From positions 96,596,001-96,660,000 of the forward strand of contig NC_043003.1 of assembly GCF_006345805.1 (NCBI RefSeq): DNA of 64,000 nucleotides. The letters run 5' to 3'. This DNA comes from Octopus sinensis. Lineage: Eukaryota. Positions 40,420-53,394 of this stretch are shown piece after piece. The notes under the pieces are model-generated. The model had not been told where the DNA came from. It searched no databases and was given only the letters and a program-made list of their open reading frames with translations. The translations under genes and the position numbers were made by a program. The stretch's first letter is position 1. Every line of letters starts with the position of its first letter.

Positions 40420-40700
40420 TTATATATATGGCCAAATCAAAAAATAGAAACAGAGATAAAACCAAAAACAACAAAAGGATGTACAAAGTGAATGCCTTGG
40501 GTTGACGCTCAGTTTAGATGGGAAAAAGAGGTAGTGTGACGTTTCGAGCATGATGCTTCATCAGAAAGAGGAAAGATCCAGAGTGCAGGAAAAAAGAATC
40601 GTCCGAGATTACATGGCTGAAATGACCGGAAGTGGAGAGAGATAGAGAAAGTGGTTTTTGAAGGTAGGAGAGTGGGAAAATAGCCAGTGTGTATGTGTAT
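40420..40700 (-). mobile_element. PLE pLTR-like fragment with degenerate HHR core (40533-40570)
   Basis: ctcttt CTGATGA AGCATCATGCTC GAAA CGTC; stem I pairing lost. Confidence 0.5.
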
Positions 40701-40987
40701 GTGTGTGTGTGTGTGCACATGTGTGTGTGTATGTGTGTGTGTTGTTTATATACTTTTGACATGTCTGTGTACACTATCACCCCCGGGTTCTATGCTCCCC
40801 ACTACCTGCCATACTGGTTCTTTTTTGCCAGTGTTCATTCCTATCAGCGCTCTAGAGGTGCCGACTTACAGATGTCCAAGATTAACATTAATACAGTCGC
40901 ACCAATCTCAAGAAGTTTGTTAAGATTACAAGCTCTGATACTTTTATCTGAGTAAAGAATAAATATATATATATATATATACTTTAC

Positions 40988-41157
40988 CTGATTGAGGGGT
41001 AATTGATTCCAACTATCCAATAAAGGACTTCTGAAAAAATCTGATCCAAGATTTTTGTAACAATTACGTATATATTCAGCGTTCGGGTATATTATAGTAT
41101 ACGTGGCCCAACAATTGCCTCCAGCTTTTAGGAGATATACTTTAATCCAACCATCAT
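40988..41157 (-). CDS. Host gene coding exon 2
   Basis: Acceptor gtattttcag|AT, donor CAG|gtaaag; 170 nt, phase 1 to 0; (Y)DGWIKVYLLKAGGNCWATYTIIYPNAEYIRNCYKNLGSDFFRSPLLDSWNQLPLNQ, no stops. Confidence 0.85.
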
Positions 41158-41928
41158 CTGAAAATACTTTAAGAGATATATATATATATATGTATAAGCG
41201 AACTTAGTTAAAATATATTTGTGACATATTTCAACTTCTAAAAGCAAATTCACTGCAGTTATCATGGAGAAAAAAATTCTCTCTTAAGGTAAAAAAAGTG
41301 TAAAAATACCGTATCTGTCCAGCGCTGTTCACTGTCGGGTTTCCAGGAGTACTTCTCGCTCTTTAGCTCTTATTAATGGGAAATACCAAAGAGAGGCAAC
41401 TGTAGACAGACTTAATTAAAGTCGTAGCTTTAACTAAAACTCAGACAACGACATTGACTGACATGCGCCATTAGACCGCCAGGTTTGTAAAAATTAGATC
41501 AGTATCAGCGCCAAACAGTGTTTAGGTATAAGCGAACTTTGTTAAAATATGTTTATGACATATTTCAACTTCTAAAGACAAATTCATCGCAGTTACCGTG
41601 GAGAAAAAAATTCTCTCTTATGGTTAAAAGGTGTAAAAACACCATATGAGTCCAGTGCTGCCGCCTGTAGGATTTACAAACGCGTTTGTAGCTCTTTAGC
41701 CGATATCAATGGGAAATACCGAAGAGAAGCAATTCTGGTTACACTTAATTATAGCGGTAACTTTTCCGACTGTGATCTAATGGTGCAGTTTAGTCGGTGT
41801 TGTTGACTGAGTAGCACCTAAACAATGCATGGCACTGATACTGCTGTAATATACATACATACATACATACATACATACATACATACATACATACATACAT
41901 ACGTACATACATACATACATACATACAT

Positions 41929-41994
<66 letters not shown>

Positions 41995-42089
41995 GAGAGT
42001 ATTGTAGTTCGCTTGAAGCATTGTGTATTGTTTGTGAAATATACCGTGTCTTGAATGGCACAACAATGCCGTGTGGACTATAATAACTG

Positions 42090-42990
42090 TTATAATTTAA
42101 TTATACATAGTCTGATATAATAATATTTCGGAATATAAAAATTCCTTCTTCAGATATCTTTTGGAATTGACCGAGTCACTGCTATAATCGGTTTTCCAAC
42201 CGGAACTGATTTTTTTTCGGAAGCATTTCTGCAGTGGTCTCACGAAGCTCCTTCCAGAATTCTTCATGAGAAGTGCGTGAGGGCGTCCATGTCTCAAGCT
42301 CACGTGTGTTGGCACATTCGCAGCGCTGCTTCTAAGTTATGTATTATACATGCCGTTCTTTTTTTTTTGCTTCCTTTTTGAATAAAACAAGAGCATGGTA
42401 ACATAAATTAACATACACGCATCCAGATGTAGCTATATAATATATTGATTGCTAACCTCCACCCTGTTGTTAATTTGTGGCCCTAGTCGGTCTATTAGGA
42501 TAACTTCCTTAATTCTTAGATTACCCAAATTTCTGTCATTGACCTCAATTGTGACTGTTATGCTTTTGTCGGTGTTTCGGCATCTGTCTAGATGTTTTCT
42601 GAAGGAGGCTCTCGTGTTCAGATGTTCTTTAATGCGAATGTGCAACAGTCTTGATGAGCTACCCACGTAGAACTTGTTGCATTTGTTACGTTGTATTCTT
42701 GGCACAACATTTACCCGTTGGCATAAATCTGTTAGCTAGTGTGCATTGATTACAGTCACTGCTCGTTTCTTTGCCAGGTGTCTTCTCAGAGAGGGGCCGG
42801 AGTGGGTTAGTTGTTTGTTTAGTCCTTCTCTTCTCATGGCTGTAGTTATCCTCTCGCTAAAATAGGGTGTTTTAAGGAAGCATGTGTTGCTGGGTTTTCT
42901 GTGTGTTCAGCGTGTTTGTCGTCTTGGATACTTAAGCCGATTTACAATGGAAATAGGGTAGCCGTTGACTTTCAATACCTCTAGGAACCT
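42090..42990 (-). mobile_element. Penelope/Poseidon-like element 3' part (thumb + GIY-YIG + UTR)
   Basis: LKVNGYP; NKCNKFYVGSSSRLLHIRIKEHL...LRIKEVILIDRLGPQINNR. Confidence 0.85.
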
Positions 42991-44070
42991 TGTGGTGTGG
43001 GTCACCTTGTCCTCTATCCTGCTACACTTGCTTTGGATGTTTATTTTAGTTTTGTAAATTTATCCTCCTCCTCCCCCCCCCCCCAGCTCCTCTTCTTCCT
43101 CCTCCACGTTGTCGTCGTTGTTGTTGATGTTATTATTCGGCCCGGAAAGCGCAAGCAGTGTTTCTGTGTCCTTGGCCTTAGCGAAAGAGATTGTGTGGAG
43201 GACCAGGTTGAAAGGGCTGAGGACAGACACTTTCCCCTTTGGTTAAGCCCTCACCAACTCGAAAAGGGATTGAGAGGTAAGTGCTGCCTGCCGGCAATTA
43301 TGTTAAGAGGTGGGTGAATGTAGCACGAATGGCTTTAGTGAACGGGCTAGCTCTAAGTAAGCGCGTCCAGTGCGAGGGCAGATGAAGAGAAGAAGGCACT
43401 TATCCTAGAGGTTTGAACGATCGTGGTTTTTGTGGGGTGTCCACAAGCAGCCCTAGGAATTCTACGTCTTTTGGGGATTTTAATTGTTAGAATTTTCATT
43501 GTTATTCTTTGTTTACACGTTTCAATCCCACTTTATCATCATCATCATCGTCGTTGTTGCTGTTGTTATTATTCCCCTTCTTTTGTCCTGTACCATATGA
43601 ACCTTCTGCAGTTAATAAAGAAAAAGATAATAATAATAATAATAGCCGAAAGCCGAAAGCCGAATTCAGTAGACGAAAGCCATAGAAACACTAATATGAC
43701 CCAGTTTAGCAATGGGGAAAAAATAACTCTCAAAGACTGGAACATCTACAATATCTTGTGAGTATTTAAAATTCTCTTCAAAATAAGTTAAGAAATGTAC
43801 AAATTTACATATCTAGAGTTTTCAAACATACATTCGATCAGCTTTAAAAACTTTAATACCCACAATTGCTTCTGTAAACATCCTTTTTTTTTCTTCTCTC
43901 TAAAAACATCACACTTTTCTTTTTGTGGACTAACAAAAGACTATCTTGAAACCTTAAAACTTTCTATGAAAATCTGACTTTTCTTTGCTTCCTCCCTGAA
44001 TATTCAAATATAAATGTAAACATATACTTTTTATTGCAAAAACACACCTGTTCTTCTAACTGGACTTACA

Positions 44071-44327
44071 AACATCTCTAGAAAAGTCAACTTCAACTTC
44101 CACAATATTACCTTACACGAAATATACAAACACTTTTTATTGCAATAACACAAACGCACATGGAAAAAATAATGATGCTAATTATAGATTCTCTCTGGTC
44201 GAACACAACTTCTCTATTCACAAATAACAGCCCTTCCTTAATTTTTCTTAAATTTTCTTAACACATTTGAACTTTTTTTGACCGATAGGACAACAACCCA
44301 CCTAAAAAAAAATTACATGAGCCACAC

Positions 44328-44381
<54 letters not shown>

Positions 44382-44673
44382 TAGCTACTACTGCTACTAA
44401 ACATCTCTAGAAAAGTCAACTTCAACTTCCACAATATTACCTTACACGAAATATACAAACACTTTTTATTGCAATAACACAAACGCACATGGAAAAAATA
44501 ATGATGCTAATTATAGATTCTCTCTGGTCGAGCACAACTTCTCTATTCACAAATAATACAGAACAGCCCTTCCTTAATTTTTCTCAAGGCTAGTAGTAGT
44601 AGACATTTGAACTTTTTTGACCGATAGGACCACACCCCACCTAAAAAAAATACATGAGCCACACCTACTACTA

Positions 44674-44705
<32 letters not shown>

Positions 44706-45020
44706 ACAACTACGACCACTACTACTGCTGTAGCTACTACTGCTACTACTACTGCTGCTACTGCTGCTGCTACTACCGCTGCTGCTGCTGCTACCACTGC
44801 TGCAGTTACTACTACTGCTGCTGCTACAACTACAACCACTACTACTGCTGCTGCTACCACTGCTGCTGCTACAACTACGACCACTACTACTGCTGCTGTT
44901 GCTGCTACTACTGCTGCTACTACTGCTGCTACTACTGCTGCTACCACTGCTGCTGCTGTCACTACTACTACTACTATTGCTACCATTGCTGCTGTTGCTG
45001 CGGCCATTACTATTGCTACT
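44071..45020 (+). repeat. ~328-bp tandem duplication followed by a (CTA/CTG)n compound trinucleotide tract
   Basis: aacatctctagaaaagtcaacttc... at ~44071 and ~44399, each ending in (tac)n(tgc)n. Confidence 0.9.
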
Positions 45021-45024
45021 ACCT

Positions 45025-45252
45025 ATTTCTTTACTACCCACAAGGGGTTAAACACAGAGGGGACAAACAAGGACAGACACACGGATTAAGTCGATTACAT
45101 CGACCCCGGTGCATAACTGGTACTTATTTAATCGACCCCGAAAGGATGAAAGGCAAAGTTGACCTCGGCGGAATTTGAACTCAGAACGTAACGGCAGACG
45201 AAATACGGCTACGCATTTCGCCCGGCGTGCTAACGATTCTGCCAGCTCGCCA
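45025..45252 (-). mobile_element. SINE family A, full length with tail
   Basis: Reverse complement ends gtcccctctgtgtttaaccccttgtgggtagtaaagaaatagg. Confidence 0.9.
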
Positions 45253-45466
45253 CTACCACTGCCGCTCCAACTGCTGACAATGATATTGCTGTTGCTACAA
45301 CTACTGGGGCTGCTGCTGCTGCTAATGATGATAAATGAGGCCCCTATATGAAAATTAGTGGTTAAATCTTTTATTTCATTTTTCATTTTTTTTAAATGAA
45401 AACTTAATAATAACTTAACTTTACTTGAAAAGAAAATTTCTAACAGTACACCGAATCGCTTGTCCA

Positions 45467-48400
45467 ATGGTTATAAAGGAAGCGCGCCCCTCAGGAGGCT
45501 GCCAGCCTGATGGCGAAAAATTTTCAAATGGCAGAATATCTTCCCCGAATACGAACCTGGAAGGTCACTTAACGGGATTTGTCCCAAATTAAGCCCCCAA
45601 AGTTCACCACCACAACGACCAGAAAATCAAAAATGTAAAAGAACTAAATGGAACCGGGAAGAATATAAAGAAGTAATATATGCTTATTACTTTGCATTAA
45701 GTAGGCCAACCCAAGAAAAACACACCGCAAACTCCTACAGAATTTGGAGGAGCCGGAATCCAGCTAGCAGACCAAACCTGGATGAAAACAGATTAGCAAA
45801 TGTTAGAAGAGATATCTTCAGAAATACCAGACTCACATATGCAGAATTAACATCTATTAAAAAAGTGGTAGAGAATGACCTAAATGTAAGTCAGGAAAGA
45901 AATAACGAAGCTGAGGAGAGGAATGTTGGGCCACAAGCATTGACTGAAAGGCGACCATCTGCCGAATCGACTCAAGATTCTGAAGAAGAAGGAAAATATG
46001 ACCCTAGAAAAAACAGCCCGGAAAATGATGTCGAAACAGAATTTGAAAATCACACGTTTGTTGAACAACACAGAAAATCTATCATTGAAATGAAACAAGA
46101 AGTTCTGAATGAGGTTGCAGTCGTAGGGCATACAACTATGAATGATAGGGAACCACTCCATAAACTCACAAATGCACACCAACATAAAACACAAATAAAA
46201 ATTGGCAACTGCGTTACACAGGAAATCATACAACAACTAAAACCCGATCTTAATAAATTAAATGAAATTATTTACTCTGTCGCTAAGGTAATCGAAAGAC
46301 GCTGTTTAACACCCAAAAAGCCAACAATGCCAAATTCGAAAAGAAAATCAAACTGGAGGAGTAGAATTGAAACTGAAATTGAATCATTGCGAAGGGAGAT
46401 ATCAATATTAACTGAGCTAATCTCTGGAAATGATGTAAGATCAAGAAAATGCAGGAAGATTGTGAGAAAATATGGACACTCAACAAGAGAAGAACTAATG
46501 TCAGCGAAAGAAGCACTTAAACAAAAAGTTCAAGCAAAAGCTCAGAGAATACGCAGATTTGAGAAAAGAATCAAATTCTACAAACAAAATAAGATGTTCA
46601 AATCCAATGCCAAATCATTTTACAGGGAAATAGGGAAAGAAAAAATAACCATTGTAAATCCACCCCTAATGGAAGAAGTTGAAAACTTTTGGAAGGGGGT
46701 CTGGAGTGATGAGAAACCATACAATGAAAATGCATAGTGGATCAAACGCACCCAAGATGACTACAAAAATCTACAAGAACAGGTATGGGAAGACATCTCA
46801 ATCGCCGACCTAAGGAAAGCACTAACAAAGGCTCATAAGTGGAAATCCCCTGGTATTGATAGAGTACCAAATTTCTGGCTCTCATCACACTCGTCCGCAC
46901 ACAAAATGTTAGTAATACTATTTAATAGTATTATGAATGACCCGAAAAAAACACCACATTGGATGGCAAATGGTATTACTTACCTCCTCCCCAAAAATAA
47001 CAACACGAAAGACCCAAAAAACTTTCGGCCCATAACATGTTTATCTACTACCTATAAGATCTTGACATCTATTCTAGTAGAGAAAACATATACGTTTATG
47101 GAAGAGAATAACCTCTTTCCCACTGAGCAAAAAGGATGCAGACGAGGCTCATACGGATGCAAAGATCAGCTCCCAATTAATCGCATGATCCTTGAGAACT
47201 GCCATAACAAGCGCAGAAATCTCAGCTCTTCTTGGATTGATTATAAAAAAGCCTTTGACAGCATACCACATTCGTGGATTCTGAAATCGCTGGACATTTT
47301 CAAAATTTCTCCTGTGAATTCAAATTTTGTAAAGTATAATATGTCTCTATGGAACACGAAGCTCCAATTATATCATTCTAATAGAGTATTGCACTCAAAC
47401 AACATTAGCATAAACTGTGGAATTTTCCAAGGTGACTCACTTTCACCACTAATTTTCTGCATAGCACTAATACCACGCTCAAGTGAACTGAATAGAACAG
47501 GATATGGCTACAAAATTGACAACAAAAAAATAAGCCATCTATTTTATATGGATGACTTAAAGCTATATGGCAAAGATGATGAAGAGCTTGAAGGATTATT
47601 ACATACTGTGAAAGGATTCAGTGATGATATCGGGATGGAGTTTGGCCTTGAAAAGTGTGCCAAAGCCACTTTTAAGAAAAGGAAATTGGTAAAGTCTAGT
47701 TCAATCGAATTAGATGTTGAAATAGTAAAAAGGAACTTGAGCAGGAACAAACCTATAAATACCTAGGAATAAATGAAGGCTCTGGTATCTAGCATGCAAG
47801 CATGAAAGAGAAGGTTAGGAAAGAATGTTATAGAAGAGTCCGAGCAGTCCTGAAGTCTGAGCTGAATGCATATAATAAGGTTTTAGCCATAAATTCCTTA
47901 GCAGTACCAGTTGTTCTTTATAGCTTCAATGTGCTTAACTGGAATACTAGTGAAATAATGAAAATTGACAGGAAAATCCGCAAGCTACTGACTCGTAGAA
48001 AAAGATGCACCATCCAAAGGCAGACGTGGATCGCCTTTACCTTCCCAGAGCTCAGGGAGGTCGAGGTTTGATTCAGCTTGAACTTACATACAAAACCACC
48101 ACAATCGGACTGGCCAAATACCTTGAAGCAACCAACGATTGGATGCTAAAACTTGTTGAAAAACATGAAAGACCTAAAAAACTTCACTCTATTCTCAAAG
48201 AGAGCAAAAAATTCGCTGCAGATCTCTTAGATACCCACCAGATTGAGCAGGCTGAAGGAAATGCGCCAACTGTTGCTGCAAAGAAAATAAAATTAATTGC
48301 AAAGACAAAAGCACATGAAAATTTAGCTAGCAGATGGGAACAGAAACCTTTCCATGGCAAGTATGTGGCCCGTAGCAAACAAGCTGATGTCGACCAGAAA

Positions 48401-49262
48401 CACACGCACTAATAGTTACGAAGTTCAGGGCTAAAAGCAGAGGGTGAAGGTTTCATATTAGCTGCTCAAGACCAAAGCTTATTTACCCGGAACTACCAAC
48501 CCAATGTGATGAAAAATGGAGCTGACCCAAAATGCCGATTCTGTAACGATGAGATTGAAACAATAGACCACCTAATCTCAGGGTGTAGAGTCTTAGCACC
48601 CGCAGAATATAAAGCAAAACATGACAGAGTCGGCCAGTATTTACACTGGCCAATATGTCGGCATTATAAAATCAAAACCGCTGACAAATGGTATAAACAC
48701 CATCCTGAAGCTGAGGGAGAAAATGTGTCGATTCTATGGGACTTCTCCGTGCAGACCGACAGGACTATAAAAGCCAATAAACCAGATATCATTATAAAAG
48801 ATCAGACAAAAAGGATGTGTTTATTAATTGATATGTGTATTCCCTGTGATCACAATATAGCGGCGAAAGAATTTGACAAGATTAGTAAATATAAAGACCT
48901 GCTAATGGAAATTGAAAAAATGTGGCATCTCAAGACGACTACAGTAGCAGTGATTGTAGGATCTCTAGGAATGATAAAAAAGGTACTGAAACCTATTTGA
49001 AAATGATTCCAGGCTTACCATCCCTACAGGAAGTGCAAAAAATCGTATTAACTGGAACGGCTCATGTACTGAGAAGAGCACTATCGTTGTGAAAATAACA
49101 TCCATCCATGAATTAATTTATTTATTAATTTTTAAATACATATTTTATCTGTGAATTTGCGCGTGTAATCTGGGAATGCATACAATGCCCTTCTTTGCCC
49201 TAGGTGTATGGAAAACATTCGGCGAGAAACAGAAGAAAATTTGAAGAAAGAAGGAAAAAACA
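45467..49262 (+). mobile_element. Near full-length R4/Dong-clade REL LINE (decayed ORF 45467-49092) with (TAA)n tail
   Basis: KWNREEYKEVIYAYY; KSPGID; FRPITCLSTTYK; WIDYKKAFDSIPH; GIFQGDSLSP; YMDDLKLY; CRFC...ETIDHLISGC; KPDIIIKD..LIDMCIP..KISKY. Several stops and frameshifts. Confidence 0.93.
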
Positions 49263-49318
49263 TAATAATAATAATAATAATAAATAATGAAAAAAATAAT
49301 AACAATAATAGTAAGTAC

Positions 49319-49384
<66 letters not shown>

Positions 49385-49386
<2 letters not shown>

Positions 49387-51465
49387 TATGTTTGACTTTT
49401 GCTTTATGTCTGTACAAGTTGGCTCCAAGTCTCACCCAGAGACCTCAAGAGACAACAGATTGGAAGTTCTGTGCCATATATTTGGTTTTTTGTTTTGTTT
49501 TTTTTTGGTGTTGTACTAGTGAATGTCTAATACATAAAAATAAAATTTAAAAAAATAAATAAATAAAAAAAAAATTAAAAATTAAAAAAAAAGAAGTTTG
49601 TTTTAAACCTTGGGATTACATAGGATTGCGTAGGATATGAGCAGTTCCCATGAGCACTATCTTTTGAATTTCTGCCATTTTGGGGTTTCCTGGTATCTGA
49701 GTTAGGTAGCAATCAGTCCCTTTCGCTATCATTCCCAGGGCACCTATGACAACAGGTATTGTTTTAGTCTTCAGCTTCCACATTTTGCTGATTTCTATTT
49801 CAAGATCTTTATATTTGCTCAGTTTTGGTAGGTCTTGACAGATACGTTTATATCGATTGGGACAGTCATACCAATGAGGAGGCATGTTCTTTGTCTGAAG
49901 TCTTTCAATATGATGTCTGTCCTATTTGCATCTAGCTTCCTGTCAGTTTGAATGGTGAAGTTCCAGAGGAGTGAGATGTGGTCATTTTCAAGCACTGGAG
50001 GTGGATTGTGTTCCCACCAGTTTTTTTCATGGGGCAAATCCAGGTTTTTGCAAATTACCCAGTGAATATATTGTGCAGCTCTATCATGCCTATTGAGGTA
50101 CTCTGTAGGCGCTAGAAGACTGCATTTGGAGACAACATGATCAATGGTTTCATTTTGTTGTCGGCATACACGACATGCTGGGCTACTGCCGTTCTTTAAT
50201 ATGTTGGCCTGGTAGTTTCTTGTTGGTAGGCATTGATCTTGAGCTGCTATGATAAACCCCTCTGTTTCAGATTTTAAGCCAGAGGCCATTAGCCATTGAT
50301 GGGTCAGGGCTTTGTCGATATCTGCATTATTCGCTCTCTTTGGATATTTGCCATAGAGAGGTTTTTCTTGCCATTTATTATTCAGAATATCTAAGGCCGC
50401 AGTTTTAGCACGGGTTTTCATGCGCCTAGCTTTTTCTGTGCTTGTTTCTTGTATGTTTATCTCTAATTCCGAAATTGGTTGTATTCGGAATTCACTTAGA
50501 TATTCCTTTGCCTGTTTTGTGACTGAGTATGATGCTTTCTTGTTTTCATGTTTTGAGACAAGTTTTAACATCCAGTCCTCAGAGTTTTTCAGGTAGGTGT
50601 CTAGGCCAATTGTAGCAATCTTCATTGTTATTGCCAGTTGCAAAAGACCACGGCCTCCCTCTTTTCTTGGCAGATAGAGTCGTTCTGTATCTGCCTTAGG
50701 GTGGTGCATTCTATGCATTGTCAACAGTTTCCTTATTTTTCTGTCGAGCTGACATATTTCAGAAATTGACCAGTTAACAATATTGAAACTGTAAGTCACG
50801 ACTGGTATGGCTAATACATTGATCGCTTCGATCCTGTTTCTTGCATTCAGCTCTGTCTTGAGTATTGCTCTCACTCTTCGATAGCATTCTCTCCTGATTC
50901 TTTCCTTCATCTCTGAATGCCTTATTCCGTTCCCTTCAATTACCCCTAGATACTTGTAGCTCTCCGCTGGGTCTAGTTCTTTTATGACATTCTGCTGGTC
51001 AAGGTTAACGTTAGATGTTTCTGTCATTTTTCCTTTGATAAAAGTAGCTTCTATCTTTCTGTCAGTTTGAATGGGGAAGTTCCAGAGGAGTGAGATGTGG
51101 TCATTTCCAAGCACTGGAGGTGGTTTGTGTTCCCACCAGTTTTTTTTCATGGGGCAAATCCAGGTTTTTGCAGATTACCCAGTGAATATATTGTGGAGCT
51201 CTATCATGCCTGTTGAGATACTCTGTAGGCGCTAGAAGACCGCATTTGGAGACAACATGATCAATGGTTTCCTTTTGTTGTTGACATACACGACATGCTG
51301 GGCTACTGCTGTTCTTTAATATGTTGGCCTGGTAGTTCCTTGTTGGTAGGCATTGATCTTGAGCTGCTATGATAAACCCTTCTGTTTCAGATTTTAAGCC
51401 AGAGGCCATTAGCTATTGATGGGTCAGGGCTTAGTCAACATCTGCATTATTCGCTCTCTTTGGGT
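49385..51465 (-). mobile_element. Second R4/Dong family, 5'-truncated and rearranged, flanked by (TAA)n
   Basis: YKYLGV, MHHPKADTERLYLPRKEGGRGL, CRVC...ETIDHVVSKC, RTDIILKD, KLSKYKDLEIEISKMW. Confidence 0.92.
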
Positions 51466-51482
51466 TGTTATTATTATTATTA

Positions 51483-51561
<79 letters not shown>

Positions 51562-52170
51562 GAGTGAGAGAGCAGTGCATGCCATCAAAGTGACATTGGG
51601 GTAAAATATACGAAGCCCAGTATACCCATCATGACTACCCATCTGATTAGGGTACACCAGACACATGCATCACAACCAAATGTGCGCGACATGGTGATCT
51701 CATATCAAGATAAACAGCGCATGAAATTGCAGGTGGGGTCCAGTTAGAATTTTCTTCTGGTCGAGTAACCCATCCCGCTCAAAAGGTCCCAGAATAAGGA
51801 CAGTTTAAGGGTGTTGAACGAACCACCCATGTTACCAAAGGTGAATTATCCAAACCTCCGAGAATTCCTTTCAACACACGGATATGATGCTCCCCACTAC
51901 TTCTGCTCGTGGTTAGAGATGCACATATCGTCAGCCGTTAAGGGAGATGCTTAACTGGTTAAGGTCAAGCAACTGACAAGCAAATCTGTGGTATTGAGCA
52001 GAATATTTGCTGTATTCAAATCAATAAATGTCATAAGTACAAAATTTAAATAAAAAGTTGTATTCAAATCAATAAATATCATGAGATCGTACATGATAAC
52101 ACTTCAAATCAGTTAAGATCAGAAGCCATGAGAGCCACTGTCTGGTATTGCATCAGGGCATTTTTTCTTC
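51562..52170 (-). mobile_element. ~600-bp non-coding interspersed element flanked by (TAA)n
   Basis: No ORF; 5' aatgccctgatgcaatacc, 3' gatggcatgcactgctctctcactc(aat)n; family recognition from memory only. Confidence 0.6.
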
Positions 52171-52237
52171 TTCTTCTTCTTCTTCTTCTTCTTCTTCTTC
52201 TTCTTCTTCTCTTCTTCTTCTTCTTCTTCTTCTTCTT

Positions 52238-52307
<70 letters not shown>

Positions 52308-52308
<1 letters not shown>

Positions 52309-52501
52309 GGTAGCGATTTGGCAGAATCGTTAGCGCGCTGGGAAAAATGCTTAACATCATTTCCTCCGTTTTTATACTCTGAATTAAAAATCCACCGAAG
52401 TCAACTTTGCCTTTCATCCTTTCTGGGTCGATAAAATAAGTACTAGTTGAGTCGATGTGATCGGCTTACTCCCTCCCTCTTGATTGCTGGGCTTATGCCA
52501 A

Positions 52502-52574
<73 letters not shown>

Positions 52575-52957
52575 TTATTATTGCCTTTGCACAGCTTCTA
52601 AAACTGGAGATGTACTACGGTGTCAGTTGTTCACTACCAGTGAACTAAGGTAACACCTCTTATTTTTCGAGCACCTTCCGGAGTATTCGAACGGCTCCAA
52701 GCAATGCCGTTTTCTGCAAGTGCTCCACCCTTATTGCAGCCCTTATTTGTGCTACGTACTTCTCGAGATCTTTACTCACTGTTCCCAGGGCTTCAACAAT
52801 TATTGGTACTACTACCGCCTTTATTATCGACCACAACTGCTTAACCTCTCAAGCTAACCAGTCACATCTATCGACTTTTCTTTCTTCCTTATCATATACC
52901 TTGTTGACAGCTGGGCATGCTATACCTATGCTCCAGCATAGTTTGCTTTCTTTCTCA

Positions 52958-53015
<58 letters not shown>

Positions 53016-53150
53016 TATTATTATTATTATTATTAGGCAACGAACTGACAGAATCGTTACGGTATCGTACAAAATGCTTTGGGCTCTTTATATTCTGAGA
53101 TCAAATCCCACCGATGTCAATTTCGCCTTTCATCATTTCGAGGTCGGGGG
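52308..53150 (+). mobile_element. SINE family A copies (52308-52500, 53035-53150)
   Basis: ggcagaatcgttagc...aactttgcctttcatcc; gacagaatcgttacg...cctttcatc. Confidence 0.75.
52575..52960 (-). mobile_element. Third R4/Dong-like 3' fragment within (TAA)n
   Basis: LCWSIGIACPAV..V..KEERKVDR..WLA*EVKQLW...VVVPIIVEALGTV...LQKTALLGAVRILRKVLE. Confidence 0.8.
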
Positions 53151-53353
53151 AAAAAAAAAAAAAATAACGCACAAGAGAAAGCAATGCCACAAATAACATT
53201 TTTTCATTATATTTCATTTCACTTTTTCCACTACAGAACCAGAATGAAAGAAGATGGGCAATTCTGGCCAGCACAGAAGAGTCTTCAATATTTTATAGTG
53301 GGAATATTCTGTGCAAAACCGATGGTAACATAACCAGTGATACACGCACACGC

Positions 53354-53394
<41 letters not shown>

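Noticed and set aside
42195-42240. Degenerate HHR (CTGCAGA...GAAA..TC, minus) in the Poseidon-like UTR
   Set aside because: Core is mutated and stems I-III do not pair convincingly.
44543-45178. Poly-Ser/Ala/Val/Cys ORFs
   Set aside because: Translations of a (CTA/CTG)n trinucleotide tract.
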